Source of the DNA: an uncultured Solirubrobacterales bacterium
GTDB lineage: Bacteria > Actinomycetota > Thermoleophilia > Solirubrobacterales > Solirubrobacteraceae
Assembly (NCBI GenBank): GCA_963713385.1
Contig: CAVQLO010000007.1
Coordinates: forward strand, 59,020-123,019
Length of the DNA: 64,000 nucleotides
Direction: 5' to 3'
This document shows positions 29,971 through 44,732 of this stretch, in pieces (position 1 is the first letter of the stretch; each line of letters begins with the position of its first letter). The notes beneath the pieces are model-generated. The model had not been told where the DNA came from. It searched no databases and worked only from the letters and a program-made list of their open reading frames with translations. Position numbers and translations under genes: made by a program.

Positions 29971-30579
29971 CGATGCGCGTCGGCCTCCCACGACCACGGC
30001 TCATGAGCTGGGTTCTCGCCGCCGCCGCGGCGCTGCTGCTGGCCTCCTGCGGAGGCTCGGGCAGAGGACTGATCCCAAGCGCCGACGCGGGCCCGCTGCA
30101 GAGTGACTTCGAACGTGTCGTGGCGGAAGCCGAAAGCGGCGGTGGCAGCTGCGACGGGACCGAAGCCGCGCTGCTGAAGACCGAGCAGGACTATGGCTCG
30201 CTGCCCGCGTCGGTCGACCTCGGCCTGCGCAACAGGTTGCGCGTAGGCATCTCAAAGCTGCGCAGCGAGGCGCTCGGCCTGTGCGCGCAGCCGCATCCGC
30301 AGGCTACCGTGACTGACACGACCCCACGAGCGATCACGCCAACGAAGACGACCACGACGCCGACCGTCACGCAGACCACCCCCGCCCAGACCACGCCCAC
30401 GAACACGACGCCGGGCCCGCTCCCGAAGGCGGCGGCACGGCGGCGCCCGGCGCGGGCGGCGGCGAAGAACCGGCCGCGCGGGCAACGGCCAGGGCAACGG
30501 CGGCAGCCCGGCCCGGCAAAGGCCAGGACAACGGCGAAGGCGCCGGGCCGGGCGCCGGGCCCCCGGGGGGGAAAAATGA
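29967..30579 (+). CDS. Hypothetical lipoprotein with Thr/Pro- and Gly-rich tail; frameshift near 30420
   Basis: Lipobox LASC; ATGA-type overlaps with both neighbours. Confidence 0.7.
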
Positions 30580-31815
30580 ACGACGCGCAGATCGCCGGGC
30601 GCTACCGCCTGGAAGGGCGCCTCGGATTCGGAGGCATGTCGACGGTCCACCTGGCGCTCGACCAGCGCCTCGAGCGCCAGGTCGCTGTAAAGCTGCTGGC
30701 TGAGCACCTCGCCGAGGACCCGGCGTTCGTATCGCGCTTTCAACGCGAGGCGCAAGCGGCGGCGCGCCTGGTCCACCCGAACATCGTGCAGGTCTTCGAC
30801 TCCGGCCAGGACCAGAGCAGTGGCCAGTACTTCATCGTCATGGAGTACATCCAGGGCGCGTCGTGCGCGGAGATCCTGCGCGACGACGGGTGGGTGGAGG
30901 TGGGCGACGCGATCGCGATCATCGAGCAGGCATGCGAGGGCCTGAACTACGCACATCGCCACGGGGTGGTCCACCGCGACGTCAAGCCCGGGCAACCTGT
31001 TGCGCTCGCGCGAGGGCGAGGTCAAGCTCGCGGACTTCGGGATCGCAAAGGCCACCGAGCAGTCGAGCATCACCCAGGTCGGCTCGGTCCTGGGCACCGC
31101 CGCGTACCTGGCGCCCGAGCAGGCACGCGGCGAGGAGGCCGGACCGCCGGCGGATCTCTACGCGCTCGGCGTGGTGACCTACCAGCTGATCTCAGGCCGC
31201 CTGCCGTACGAGGCGACGTCGCTGACCGAGCTGGCGCTCAAGCAGCAGCGCGAGGCCCCGCCGATGCTCGACGCGCTCGTCGCGGCCGTCACCCCCGAGC
31301 TCGCCGACGCCGTCGCGATCGCTCTCGCGCTGGATCCGCGAGACCGCTACCAGAACGCGCACGAGATGGGGCGCGCTCTGCTCGACGGCATGGGCGGGAT
31401 CGCTCCGGCCAAGCGCCAGCTTGCGGGCGAAGAGACCGCCTCCTCCCAGGCGACGCGCGTGCTCGCGGGAGATCGAGCCTCGCGCGCCGCGACGCGCACC
31501 GGCGCAGCTGCCCGCGCGAGCGTGGTGACCCCGCGCCAGCCACGCCCGGCCGCGGCTGCGCGCAGGTCCGCCGCCGCCGTGGCCCCGGCCGCGATCGCCG
31601 CCCCCGCCCCATCGAGCGCCAGCGCCCCCCGGCGCCGCGGCAGCCGGCTCGCGCTCGCACTGCTCGCGCTGCTCGGACTGGCCGCGGTGATCGTCGCCGT
31701 CGTGATCCTCACCGCCCCCGCGCCGACGAGGGTCACGCTGCGAAACGTCGTCTACTCAGACGTGCACGAGACCTCTCAGGCCCTCAAACAGCTCGTCTCA
31801 GAAAACACCAAATAG
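30576..31815 (+). CDS. Hanks-type Ser/Thr protein kinase with C-terminal TM helix; frameshift near 30990
   Basis: LGFGGMSTV, VAVK, HPNIV, HRDVKP, DFG, YLAPE, DLYALG. Confidence 0.95.
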
Positions 31816-31845
31816 GCACGGCGCGCGCCCGCAAGGCGCCATCTG

Positions 31846-32616
31846 ATGCTCGCCCTCGTCAACGTCAGCCATCTCGTCGAAGTCTCCGGTTATCCGTTGC
31901 TGTTCGCCGCCGTCATGGCAGAGTCCGCCGGCGTTCCGGTTCCCGGCGAGACGGGCCTGATCACGGCCGCCGTGCTGGCCAGCCGGGGAAGGCTGCAAAT
32001 CGAGTTCGTGATCGCGACCGCCGCGCTGGCGGCGATCGTCGGCGACAACATCGGATACCTGATCGGGCGCAAGGGCGGGCGCTGGCTGCTCGAACGCCCG
32101 GGGCGCTTCCAGCGCCATCGCATGCAGGTCCTTCTCGTCGGCGAGCCCTTCTTCGAACGCCACGGTCCCAAGGCTGTGTTCTTCGGGCGCTTCGTGCTCG
32201 GGCTGCGCACATGGGCGGCGTGGATCGCCGGGGCGACGCAGATGCGCTGGCGCTCGTTCTTCCTGTGGAATGCCCTCGGCGGCATCTGCTGGGCGACCGG
32301 CATCGGCCTGCTCGCCTACTTCCTCGGCAAGACCGCCGAAAACGTGATCGAGGAGTTCGGCATCTACGGACTGGTCGCGGTCGTGCTGTCGATCGCCGGG
32401 GCGTTCGTCATGTATCGCCGCCATCACCATGAGCTCGCCCCCCCAGCGCCGCAGCAGGACGCCGCAGCTGGCGCCGGCGACGATCCGGGCGCCGGCGACG
32501 ATCCGGGCGCCGGCGATGATCCGGGCGCCGGCGATGATCCGGGCGCCGGCGACGATCCGGGCGCCGGCGATGCTCGGGCGCTACAGCCAACGCGCGAGCC
32601 GGGCTCGCGCGGCTGA
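31846..32616 (+). CDS. DedA-family membrane protein
   Basis: ESAGVPVPGE, GDNIGYLIG, AVFFGRF, NALGGICW. Confidence 0.93.
   Translation: MLALVNVSHLVEVSGYPLLFAAVMAESAGVPVPGETGLITAAVLASRGRLQIEFVIATAALAAIVGDNIGYLIGRKGGRWLLERPGRFQRHRMQVLLVGEPFFERHGPKAVFFGRFVLGLRTWAAWIAGATQMRWRSFFLWNALGGICWATGIGLLAYFLGKTAENVIEEFGIYGLVAVVLSIAGAFVMYRRHHHELAPPAPQQDAAAGAGDDPGAGDDPGAGDDPGAGDDPGAGDDPGAGDARALQPTREPGSRG
32470..32571 (+). repeat. 18-bp tandem repeat, about 5.7 copies, encoding GAGDDP
   Basis: ggcgccggcga(c/t)gatccg repeated head to tail with no spacers. Confidence 0.95.
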
Positions 32617-32629
32617 CGCGGCGCGTGCT

Positions 32630-33199
32630 TCAGCAGGCGTTCGCGTGGGAAGCCGGCGCACCAGCCGGCGTAGAGCTCACCGCCGCCACCGACTCGCCCG
32701 ACCATCCGTTGCAGGGCGCGATGCGCTCCCACATGTCGGCCAGCACACGCAGCTCGCCCTCGGAGAAGCGCGAGAAGAAGTGCTCGCGCATGACCGCCAG
32801 GTGCGTCCCGCGCGCTTCTTGCAGGCGACCGCGTCCGGCGGGCGTCAGGCAGGCATAGGAGCCGCGCGCGTCCTGCTCGCAGGAGCAGCGCTCGAGCAGC
32901 CCGTCGCGCTCGAGGCGGTCGACCAGCCGCGTCAGGCCGCTGCGCGACAGCTGAGCCTGATCGGCCAGGTCGCACATTCGCATCCGCCCGCCGCCGGAGC
33001 TATCCAGGTGATGCAGCACCTCATAGGAGGTCATCGGCAGCCCGTGCGAGCGCTCGAGCTCGGAATCCAGGCGCTTGGCCAGGCAGGCGTGCGCTCTCAG
33101 CAGGCCGCGCCAGGCGCGCTGGACGACCTCTGATCGGTCCCCCTCACCGAGGGCCTGCTGCTCCTCAAGAGCAATCGTGACGGCGGTCGCTGTCGACAT
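32630..33199 (-). CDS. MarR-family transcriptional regulator
   Basis: YEVLHHL, RMCDLADQAQLSRSGLTRLVDRLERDGL, DARGSYACLT. Confidence 0.93.
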   Translation of the reverse strand: MSTATAVTIALEEQQALGEGDRSEVVQRAWRGLLRAHACLAKRLDSELERSHGLPMTSYEVLHHLDSSGGGRMRMCDLADQAQLSRSGLTRLVDRLERDGLLERCSCEQDARGSYACLTPAGRGRLQEARGTHLAVMREHFFSRFSEGELRVLADMWERIAPCNGWSGESVAAVSSTPAGAPASHANAC

Positions 33200-33241
33200 G
33201 ACTATCAATCCCCAAAAGCGCTTCTCATCCCCGCATCCTGC

Positions 33242-34822
33242 TCAATCGAACATAGCAGCGTGGGTCTCGGGTCCCTCGATCAGGGAGCGTCCCGTCATCT
33301 GCGCCGGCTGCTCGATGTCCAGCAGCGCCAGCACCGTCGGCGCGACGTCGGCGAGCACCCCGCCCTGCTGGCGCAGCGAGAGCCCCGGCGCCGTCACGAT
33401 CAGCGGAACCGGGTTCAACGAGTGCGCCGTGTTCGGGCTGCCGTCGGGCTCGAGCATGTGGTCGGCGTTGCCGTGGTCGGCGGTCACGACGCACACTCCG
33501 CCCGAGGCGTGCACCGCCGCGACCACCTCGGCGAGACAGCCGTCGACGGTCTCGATCGCCTGGACCGCGGCCGCGATCACGCCGGTGTGTCCGACCATGT
33601 CGGGGTTGGCGAAGTTGATGATGGCGAAGCGCGGAGCATCCTCGCGCCAGGCCGCCACGAACGCGTCGGCCGCCTCGCGTGCGCTCATTTGGGGCTTGTG
33701 GTCGTAGGTCGCAACGTCTCGCGGCGAGGCGACGAGCTCGCGGCGCTCACCGGCGAGCGCAGCCTCGTCGCCGCCGTTGAAGAAGTATGTGACGTGCGGA
33801 TACTTCTCGGTCTCGGCGACATGCAGTTGGGTCGCCCCCGCCTGCGCGAGCACGCGCGACAGGGTGGTCGCCGGATGCTCCGCCGCGAACACGACCGGAT
33901 AGGGCCAACCCTGCTCGTATTCGGTGAGCGTCGTGTAGCGCGAGAGCACGCCGAAGCCGCCGCGCCCCTCCCACCCCGGCAGCTGCTCCTCGCCGTCGCC
34001 GAAGCCGGGCTCGGCCAACGCGCGGGTCAGCTGGCGCATGCGGTCGGGCCTGAAGTTGAACGCGATCACGCTGTCGTGCGCGCGAATCCGCGCCTCGTCG
34101 CCCACGAGCGTCGGCTCGATGAACTCATCGGTCTCGCCGCGCTGGTAGGCCTCGCGCACGGCCTGCTCGCCGCTGTCGGCGTGATAGGGCGCCTCGCCGC
34201 GCACGAGCAGGTCATACGCGCGCTGCGTGCGCTCCCAGCGCCGGTCGCGATCCATCGCCCAGTAGCGCCCGACGACCGAGCCGACGCGCACCCCCTGCAT
34301 GTGATCGAGCTCGGCCAGCCAGGCGGCGCCAGCGTGCGGCAGCGTGTCGCGCCCGTCGGTGAACGCGTGCACGACGAGATCCTCGACGCCCGCCTCTGCA
34401 CCCAAGCCGACCAGCGCGCGCAGATGCGCCAGCGAGGAGTGCACGCCGCCGTCTGACACGAGCCCCAGAAGGTGAACGCGCTCGGCGTCGGCGAGGGCGG
34501 ACTGCAGGATCTCGCTGCGCGCCAGCGATCCGTCGTCGATCGCGTCGTCGATGCGCACGAGATCCTGGCGCACCACCGCGCCGGCGCCGAGGTTCAGGTG
34601 CCCGACCTCGCTATTTCCCATCTGGCCTTCGGGAAGCCCGACAGCGCGCCCCCATGTGGTCAGCGTCGTATGCGGAAAGGTGCTCCACAGCTCATCGAAC
34701 ACCGGCGTGTGCGCCAGCGACACGGCGTTGCCCGGCCCGGGCTCGGCGAGGCCCCAGCCGTCGAGCACGATCAGGCAGGCACACGGCGCCGGCAGGCTCC
34801 GCGGACCGGCGCGCACGCTCAT
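33242..34822 (-). CDS. gpmI: 2,3-bisphosphoglycerate-independent phosphoglycerate mutase
   Basis: LDGWG, GQMGNSEVGH, SDGGVHS, AETEKYPHVT, NPDMVGH, TADHGN. Confidence 0.97.
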   Translation of the reverse strand: MSVRAGPRSLPAPCACLIVLDGWGLAEPGPGNAVSLAHTPVFDELWSTFPHTTLTTWGRAVGLPEGQMGNSEVGHLNLGAGAVVRQDLVRIDDAIDDGSLARSEILQSALADAERVHLLGLVSDGGVHSSLAHLRALVGLGAEAGVEDLVVHAFTDGRDTLPHAGAAWLAELDHMQGVRVGSVVGRYWAMDRDRRWERTQRAYDLLVRGEAPYHADSGEQAVREAYQRGETDEFIEPTLVGDEARIRAHDSVIAFNFRPDRMRQLTRALAEPGFGDGEEQLPGWEGRGGFGVLSRYTTLTEYEQGWPYPVVFAAEHPATTLSRVLAQAGATQLHVAETEKYPHVTYFFNGGDEAALAGERRELVASPRDVATYDHKPQMSAREAADAFVAAWREDAPRFAIINFANPDMVGHTGVIAAAVQAIETVDGCLAEVVAAVHASGGVCVVTADHGNADHMLEPDGSPNTAHSLNPVPLIVTAPGLSLRQQGGVLADVAPTVLALLDIEQPAQMTGRSLIEGPETHAAMFD

Positions 34823-35577
34823 CGCGCGGCGGCGGCCACGATCTCGGCGAAGGACTCGGCCTGCAGCGAGGCTCCGCCGACCAGCGCGCCGTCGACGTCG
34901 GGCAGGCGCATGAGCTCGCCGGCGTTCTCCGGCTTGACCGAGCCGCCGTAGAGGATGCGAACGTGCTGGGCGGCTGGCTCGTTGCGATCGCCGACCAACG
35001 CCCTGATGAACGCGATCGCCTCCTGCGCCTGCTCGGGCGTAGCGACCCGGCCGGTGCCGATCGCCCAGATCGGCTCGTATGCGATCACCACCCGCGGCAG
35101 CTGATCGTCGGGTACCCCAGCGAGATCCTCCTGGACCTGCTGGCGCAGCTTGCGGTCGGTCCCGCCGCTGTCTCGCTCCTCCTCGGTCTCGCCCACGCAG
35201 AGGATCGGCACGAACCCCGCCGCCAGCGCGGCGGGCACCTTCAGCGCCAGCGCCCTGTCGGTCTCGCCGCAGCTCGCGCGCCGCTCGGAGTGCCCGAGCA
35301 CCACGCCGCGCACATCCAGCTCTGAGAGCATCGGCGCGGAGATCTCGCCGGTGAAGGCGCCCTCGGGGTCCTGGTGCATGTTCTGCGCGTAGACCTCCAC
35401 GCGCGACCCCCGGGCGCTGTCGATCATCGCCCGGAGATCGGTGAACGGCACGCAGATCGCGACATCGACGCCGTCGACCGCCGACACGCGAGGGAGCAGC
35501 GCCTGGATGTACTGCTCGGCTTGGGCCTCGGTCTTGTGCATCTTCCAGTTCCCGGCCACCAACGGGGTGCGGCTCAT
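34819..35577 (-). CDS. tpiA: Triosephosphate isomerase
   Basis: AGNWKM, GHSERR, AYEPIWAIGTG, YGGSV, LVGGASL. Confidence 0.98.
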   Translation of the reverse strand: MSRTPLVAGNWKMHKTEAQAEQYIQALLPRVSAVDGVDVAICVPFTDLRAMIDSARGSRVEVYAQNMHQDPEGAFTGEISAPMLSELDVRGVVLGHSERRASCGETDRALALKVPAALAAGFVPILCVGETEEERDSGGTDRKLRQQVQEDLAGVPDDQLPRVVIAYEPIWAIGTGRVATPEQAQEAIAFIRALVGDRNEPAAQHVRILYGGSVKPENAGELMRLPDVDGALVGGASLQAESFAEIVAAAAR

Positions 35578-36782
35578 CAGGAGGCGACTCCCGCACCGTC
35601 AAGCGCCTGCACGCCGGGCAGGACGCGACCCTCGACGATCGCGAGCGTGGCGCCGCCGCCGGTCGAGAGATGATCGACGGCGTCCTCCAGCTCAAACAGC
35701 GCGAGCGCTGCGGCCGAGTCCCCGCCGCCGACCACCGTGAGCCCATGCGCCTGCGCGACCGCCTCGGCGACCGCCCGCGTGCCGGCGGCAAACGGCGCGA
35801 GCTCGAACGCTCCCATCGGGCCGTTCCAGAAGACGGTCCCGGCGCGCGCGATCTCACGCACGTAGCGCTCGGCCGTGTGCGGGCCGATGTCCAGGCCCAT
35901 CCAGCCGCTCGGCACCTCCACCCCGTCGAGCACGCGATGCTGCGCGTCGGCCGCCAGGCGGTCGCCGATCACCAGATCGTCGGGCGTCATCACCGAGGCC
36001 CGACCGGGCTTCACCGCCTCGGCCAGCAGCGCTCGGGCATGCTCGGTGTCCTCGTCGCCGCACAGCGACTCGCCGACGTTGTGACCCTGGGCGCACAGGA
36101 AGGGGAAGCACATCGCACCGCCGATCATCAGGAAGTCGGCGATCTCCAGGAAGCGGTCGATGACCGCGATCTTGTCGGCCACCTTGGAACCGCCGATGAT
36201 CACCGTCAGCGGCCGCGACGGGTTCTGCATGATCGTGTTGAGCGTCAACACCTCCCTTTCCAACAGCCGCCCGGCGGCGCTCGGCAGCAGGTGAGCCACC
36301 CCCTCGGTGCTCGCGTGAGCGCGGTGGGCGACGCCGAAGGCATCGTTGACGTAAAAGTCGGCGAGCGCGGCCAGCGACTGCGCGAGCTCTGGGTCGTTGC
36401 GCTTCTCGCCCGCCTCGAAGCGCACGTTCTCGAGCAGCAGGACATCGCCGTCGGCGAGCCCTTCCGTCAGCGCGCGCACCTCGTCGCCGACGACCGCCGG
36501 AGCGAGCGTGACCTCAGCGTCGATCAGCTGCGACAGAGCAGCCGCGACCGGCGCCATCGACAGCTGCGGATCGCGCCGCCCGTCGGGACGTCCGAGGTGT
36601 GACACGAGCACGAGCCTGGCCCCCGCGCTGCGCAGGTCTTCGATCGTCGTAAGCGCCGCCACGATGCGCGTCTCGTCGGCGACCGCGGGGGCCCCGTCGG
36701 GACCCTCCTTCAGCGGCACGTTGAAGTCGACCCGCACGAGCACGCGCTTGCCCCGCACCTCCAGGTCGTCAATGCTCCTCAT
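35577..36782 (-). CDS. pgk: Phosphoglycerate kinase
   Basis: RVDFNVP, SHLGRP, LLENVRF, NDAFG, WNGPMG, STGGGA. Confidence 0.98.
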   Translation of the reverse strand: MRSIDDLEVRGKRVLVRVDFNVPLKEGPDGAPAVADETRIVAALTTIEDLRSAGARLVLVSHLGRPDGRRDPQLSMAPVAAALSQLIDAEVTLAPAVVGDEVRALTEGLADGDVLLLENVRFEAGEKRNDPELAQSLAALADFYVNDAFGVAHRAHASTEGVAHLLPSAAGRLLEREVLTLNTIMQNPSRPLTVIIGGSKVADKIAVIDRFLEIADFLMIGGAMCFPFLCAQGHNVGESLCGDEDTEHARALLAEAVKPGRASVMTPDDLVIGDRLAADAQHRVLDGVEVPSGWMGLDIGPHTAERYVREIARAGTVFWNGPMGAFELAPFAAGTRAVAEAVAQAHGLTVVGGGDSAAALALFELEDAVDHLSTGGGATLAIVEGRVLPGVQALDGAGVAS

Positions 36783-36843
36783 CGACCGCCTCCGCATCGT
36801 CTTCGCGCTCTCTCACGATATCCCCCGCGAGATCATCGCCCTG

Positions 36844-36869
36844 CCCGGATCCGCAGCCGCGGATCCGGG
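36844..36869 (-). terminator. 11-bp stem-loop immediately after the gap stop codon (terminator or mRNA stabiliser)
   Basis: cccggatccgc-agcc-gcggatccggg; no U-tract. Confidence 0.65.
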
Positions 36870-39019
<2,150 letters not shown>

Positions 39020-39093
39020 TGTGCCGCGGTTGACGGACATTCGCGTAAGTTCTGGACGCAGCCGCCCCGGCCGTCGGGCGCGCGTCTGCCGCG

Positions 39094-41032
39094 CTAGCCG
39101 CCGACGCGATGCAGATGGCCGTGCAGCTCGCGCGCGACCTTCGCCGGCAGGCCGGGCACCGCCTGCAGCTCCTCGCGAGACGCCGCGACGATCGCCTCGG
39201 GCGAGCCGAAGTAGCCCAGCAGCGCGCGCTTGCGCGCCGGGCCGACGCCCGGCAGCTCGTCGAGCAACGAGCTCGTCATCGCGCGGTCGCGGCGCGTGCG
39301 GTGATGGGTGATCGCAAAACGATGAGCCTCGTCGCGCACGCGCTGCAGCAGCTGCAGCTCGGGCGTGGCGTGATCGAGCACGAGCGGCGCGCGGCGTCCG
39401 GGGAGGAACAGCTCCTCGATGCGCTTGGCCAGCGACACGACGGCGACGCCGCGCTCGCGGAAGGCTCGCAGCGGACCGAGCCCGGCCGCGAGCTGCCCCT
39501 TGCCGCCGTCGATCACGACGACGTTCGGCAGCGCGGCGAAGCTCGCGTCGTAGGCGGGATCGTGCGAGGAGATGTCCGCCTGGTCCTGCCACTGGGCCAG
39601 GCGCCGCTGCAGCACCTCGGCGATCGCCGCGTAGTCGTCGGACTGCCCGGGCGCGAGCGAGCGGATCGTGAAGCGCCGGTAATCGGACTTCTTCGGCGCG
39701 CCGCCCTCGAACACGACCATCGAGGCGACCGTGTGCTCGCCGCCCAGGTGCGACACGTCAAAGCACTCGATGCGCACGGGCGGCACGTCCAGGCCCAGCG
39801 CTGACTGCAGGCCCTCGAGCGCGTCCACCCTGCTCTGGCGACGGCGCTCGGCGCGCAGGCGCTCCTGGTCGAGCGCCAGCAGCGCGTTGCGCTGCGCGAG
39901 GTCGAGGATGCGCCGCTTGGTGCCGCGCTCGGCGAGGCGGATCTCGACCGGCCCGCCCCTGCGACGCTCCAGCGCCTGCGCGAGCGCGGCCTGCGCCGGC
40001 TGGCTCGGAGCCTGGCGCCTGCCGCTGGGCCAGCTCGCTCTGGACGACGAGCACCGCGGGGATCGACATGTGCCCGCCGTAGTACTGCAGGATGAACTCC
40101 TCGGCGACCTCGCCGACGTCGCGCTCGGTCACGTTTGAGAGATAGAAGGACTGCCGGTCGGCGAGCACGCCGTCGCGGACCTGAAAGACCTGCGCGTTGG
40201 CGTCGACGCCATCGACCGCCACCGCCACCGCGTCGAACGTTCCCGCCGCCTCGCCCGCCACGCGACCGCGCTCGAGCAGCGCGCGCACCGCGGTCAGCCG
40301 GTTGCGCTCGAGCGTCGCCTGCTCGAACTCCTCGGCCGCCGCGGCCTCTCGCATGCGCGCCTGCAGGTCGCGCTCGATCGTCGCAAAGCGCCCGCTGAGA
40401 AAGTCGATCACGCCGTCGATGCCGCGGCGGTAGTCCCGCTTGGAGACGTAGCCGACGCAGGGCGCCTCGCAGCGCTTGATGTAGTAGTCCAGGCACGGGC
40501 TGCCGCTGCGCCGCCCGGGCTCGGCGCCCGTGCACGATCGAAACATGAACACCTTCGAGAGCACGTCGAGCGTGGAGCGCACGCGCTTGGCGTTCGAGTA
40601 GGGCCCGAAGTACGCCCGCCCCGGCCGGTGGCGCTCGCGCGTGAAGTAGACGCGCGGGAACTCCTCGTCGAGCGAGATCGCGATGAACGGATAGGACTTG
40701 TCGTCGCGCAGGCGGATGTTGAAGCGCGGCCGGTACTGCTTGATGAAGTTCTGCTCGGCCAGCAGCGCCTCGGCCTCGGAGGCGACGACCACGCATTCGA
40801 CGTGCTCGACGCTCGCGATCATCTCGGCGTGGCCGGGGCTGCTCGGCACGCGCGCGGTCGCGAAATGCGACGCGACGCGCTTGCGCACCGACTTGGCCTT
40901 GCCGACGTAGATGACCCGGTCGCGCGCGTCGCGAAACAGGTACACGCCCGGCTGGTCGGGCAGCGCGCGGCGCTGCGCGGCGAGGCTCGCGCTCGCGTCC
41001 TCGCGACCATTGCTCGCTTGCTCGCTCGCCAT
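39094..41032 (-). CDS. uvrC: Excinuclease ABC subunit C; frameshift near 40000
   Basis: PGVYLF, YVGKAK, RDDKSYP, RIECFDVSH, IDGGKGQL, RDEAHRFA, HhH. Confidence 0.96.
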
Positions 41033-41073
41033 CTGATCGAGGATACGAGGCGCAGATTCGCGCCGATTGGCGG

Positions 41074-41434
41074 TCAGTAGGCGCGCCAGCGGCGGTATAC
41101 GGCGAGAAACGCGTACAGCACGACGCCGACGAGCGCGAACCACAAGAGCTCGCCGGTGCCCGTCTGCCACATCCGTTCGCGCGCGGCGATCGCGAACATC
41201 GCCAGCGCGAGCCCGCGCATACAGCAGCGCGCGGTGGCGATCGCCGAGGCCGTAGACCGCCACGCGGTGTTCGCGATAGAGCTGCAGGCCCAGATAGCCG
41301 AAGCCGACGCCGAAGCCGATGTAGAGCAGCGCCTGGAAGGTGTCCGCGACGCGCCCGCCACCCGGCAGCAGATAGACGGCGAGCGCGATCACGAGCACGA
41401 TCGCAACGTTGCGAGCGGTCTTCGTGCGCTCCAT
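41074..41434 (-). CDS. Small 4-TM hypothetical membrane protein; frameshift near 41215
   Basis: N-terminus from ORF 39758..41434, C-terminus from ORF 41074..41361; TAGACT 6 nt upstream. Confidence 0.7.
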
Positions 41435-41451
41435 CGCCCCAGTCTATGCCG

Positions 41452-43486
<2,035 letters not shown>

Positions 43487-43598
43487 CGCCTGATGATGGT
43501 AGGCGCCGGCGAGCGCCGCTCGGCTGCCTCGCGGCCGGCGCGCGCGGGGGTGCGAGCGCCGGCTCCCGCGCCCGCGCCTTCGGTAGCATCATCCGGCA

Positions 43599-43892
43599 GT
43601 GACGATCCGCCGGCTGACAGCCCTCGTGCTCTACGCGTTGACGCTCGCGCTCGTGCTCGCCCCGGCCGCAAGCGCGGAAAGCGCCAGCGAAAGCCCCAGC
43701 TACGGGCGCGGCCTGTACGGCGCGACAAACGACAAAGTCGTCGTCGACGCGGGCTTCATCCTGATCATCTTCTTCCCGACGTTCGTGTTCGTGATGAGCA
43801 TGATCCAGCGCCACCTGGAGAAGCGCAAGGAAGCGCGCAAGGCTGCCCACAAGGCGCACCTGGCGAACACGCAGTGGCACGGCGGCTGGTAA
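43599..43892 (+). CDS. Small protein: signal peptide, one TM helix, basic tail
   Basis: 97-aa ORF with typical codon usage filling the intergenic gap. Confidence 0.75.
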   Translation: MTIRRLTALVLYALTLALVLAPAASAESASESPSYGRGLYGATNDKVVVDAGFILIIFFPTFVFVMSMIQRHLEKRKEARKAAHKAHLANTQWHGGW

Positions 43893-43939
43893 CGGCGAGA
43901 GAGCGCCGCCGGCCCGTCGGCCGGTGAGCTGAGGCCGCG

Positions 43940-44713
43940 GTGAGCGAGCCGCCCGCCGTCGCCTACGAGCGCCGCGCCAGCACCGCGCTCGTCACGATCG
44001 ACCGCCAGCACAGGCGAAACGCGGTCGACGGACCGACGGCCGCCGCGCTGCACGAGGCGTTCCTGCGCTTCGAGGCCGACGAGCAGGCGCGCGTGCTCGT
44101 GCTCACCGGAGCGGGCGGCGTCGCCTTCTGCGCCGGCGCGGACCTGAAGGCGATCGACACGTTCGCGTCGCGGCTGATGGCGGCCGAGGGCCCGATGGGC
44201 TTCACCCGGCTGACCCCCTCCAAGCCGACGATCGCGGCGATCTCGGGCTTCGCGCTCGCGGGCGGCCTGGAGCTCGCGCTGTGGTGCGACCTGCGCATCG
44301 CGACAGAGGACTCGACGCTCGGGTACCCCGAGCGACGCTGGGGCGTGCCGCTGATCGATGGCGGCACGCAGCGCCTGCCGCGCATCGTGGGGCTCGGTCG
44401 CGCACTCGACCTGATCCTCACGGGACGCATGATCGACGCGGCGCAGGCGCTCGCGATCGGGCTGGTGACCGAGGTCGTCGCGCCCGGCGAGCACCTGACG
44501 CGAGCGCTCGCGCTGGCCGAGGGTCTCGCGCGCTTCCCGCAGCGCACGATGCTCGCCGACAGGCGCGCGGCGATCGAGGGCCTGGGCATGCCGCTCGCCG
44601 ACGGCCTCGCGCTCGAGGCGAACGCTGGACCGGAGGTGTTCGAGGATGGCGCGCGCGGCGCCGCTCGCTTTGCGGGCGGCGAGGGTCGCTCGGGGACCGG
44701 CGCCGGGGCATGA
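43940..44713 (+). CDS. Crotonase/enoyl-CoA hydratase family protein
   Basis: FCAGADLK, ALAGGLELALWCDLR, GVPLIDGGT. Confidence 0.94.
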   Translation: MSEPPAVAYERRASTALVTIDRQHRRNAVDGPTAAALHEAFLRFEADEQARVLVLTGAGGVAFCAGADLKAIDTFASRLMAAEGPMGFTRLTPSKPTIAAISGFALAGGLELALWCDLRIATEDSTLGYPERRWGVPLIDGGTQRLPRIVGLGRALDLILTGRMIDAAQALAIGLVTEVVAPGEHLTRALALAEGLARFPQRTMLADRRAAIEGLGMPLADGLALEANAGPEVFEDGARGAARFAGGEGRSGTGAGA

Positions 44714-44732
44714 GGGCTATTCTCGGCGGACG

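Noticed and set aside
29667-32432. Apparent 921-aa lipoprotein-kinase fusion, and similar fusions (33242..35857, 55210..57552, 39758..41434, 53741..55429)
   Set aside because: Produced by frameshifts or open off-frames joining separate genes that have their own starts and stop/start overlaps.
32470-32571. Possible CRISPR array
   Set aside because: 18-bp units are directly adjacent with no spacers, lie in frame in a CDS, and no cas genes are present.
41033-41075. SOS box upstream of uvrC
   Set aside because: No GAAC-N4-GTTC match.
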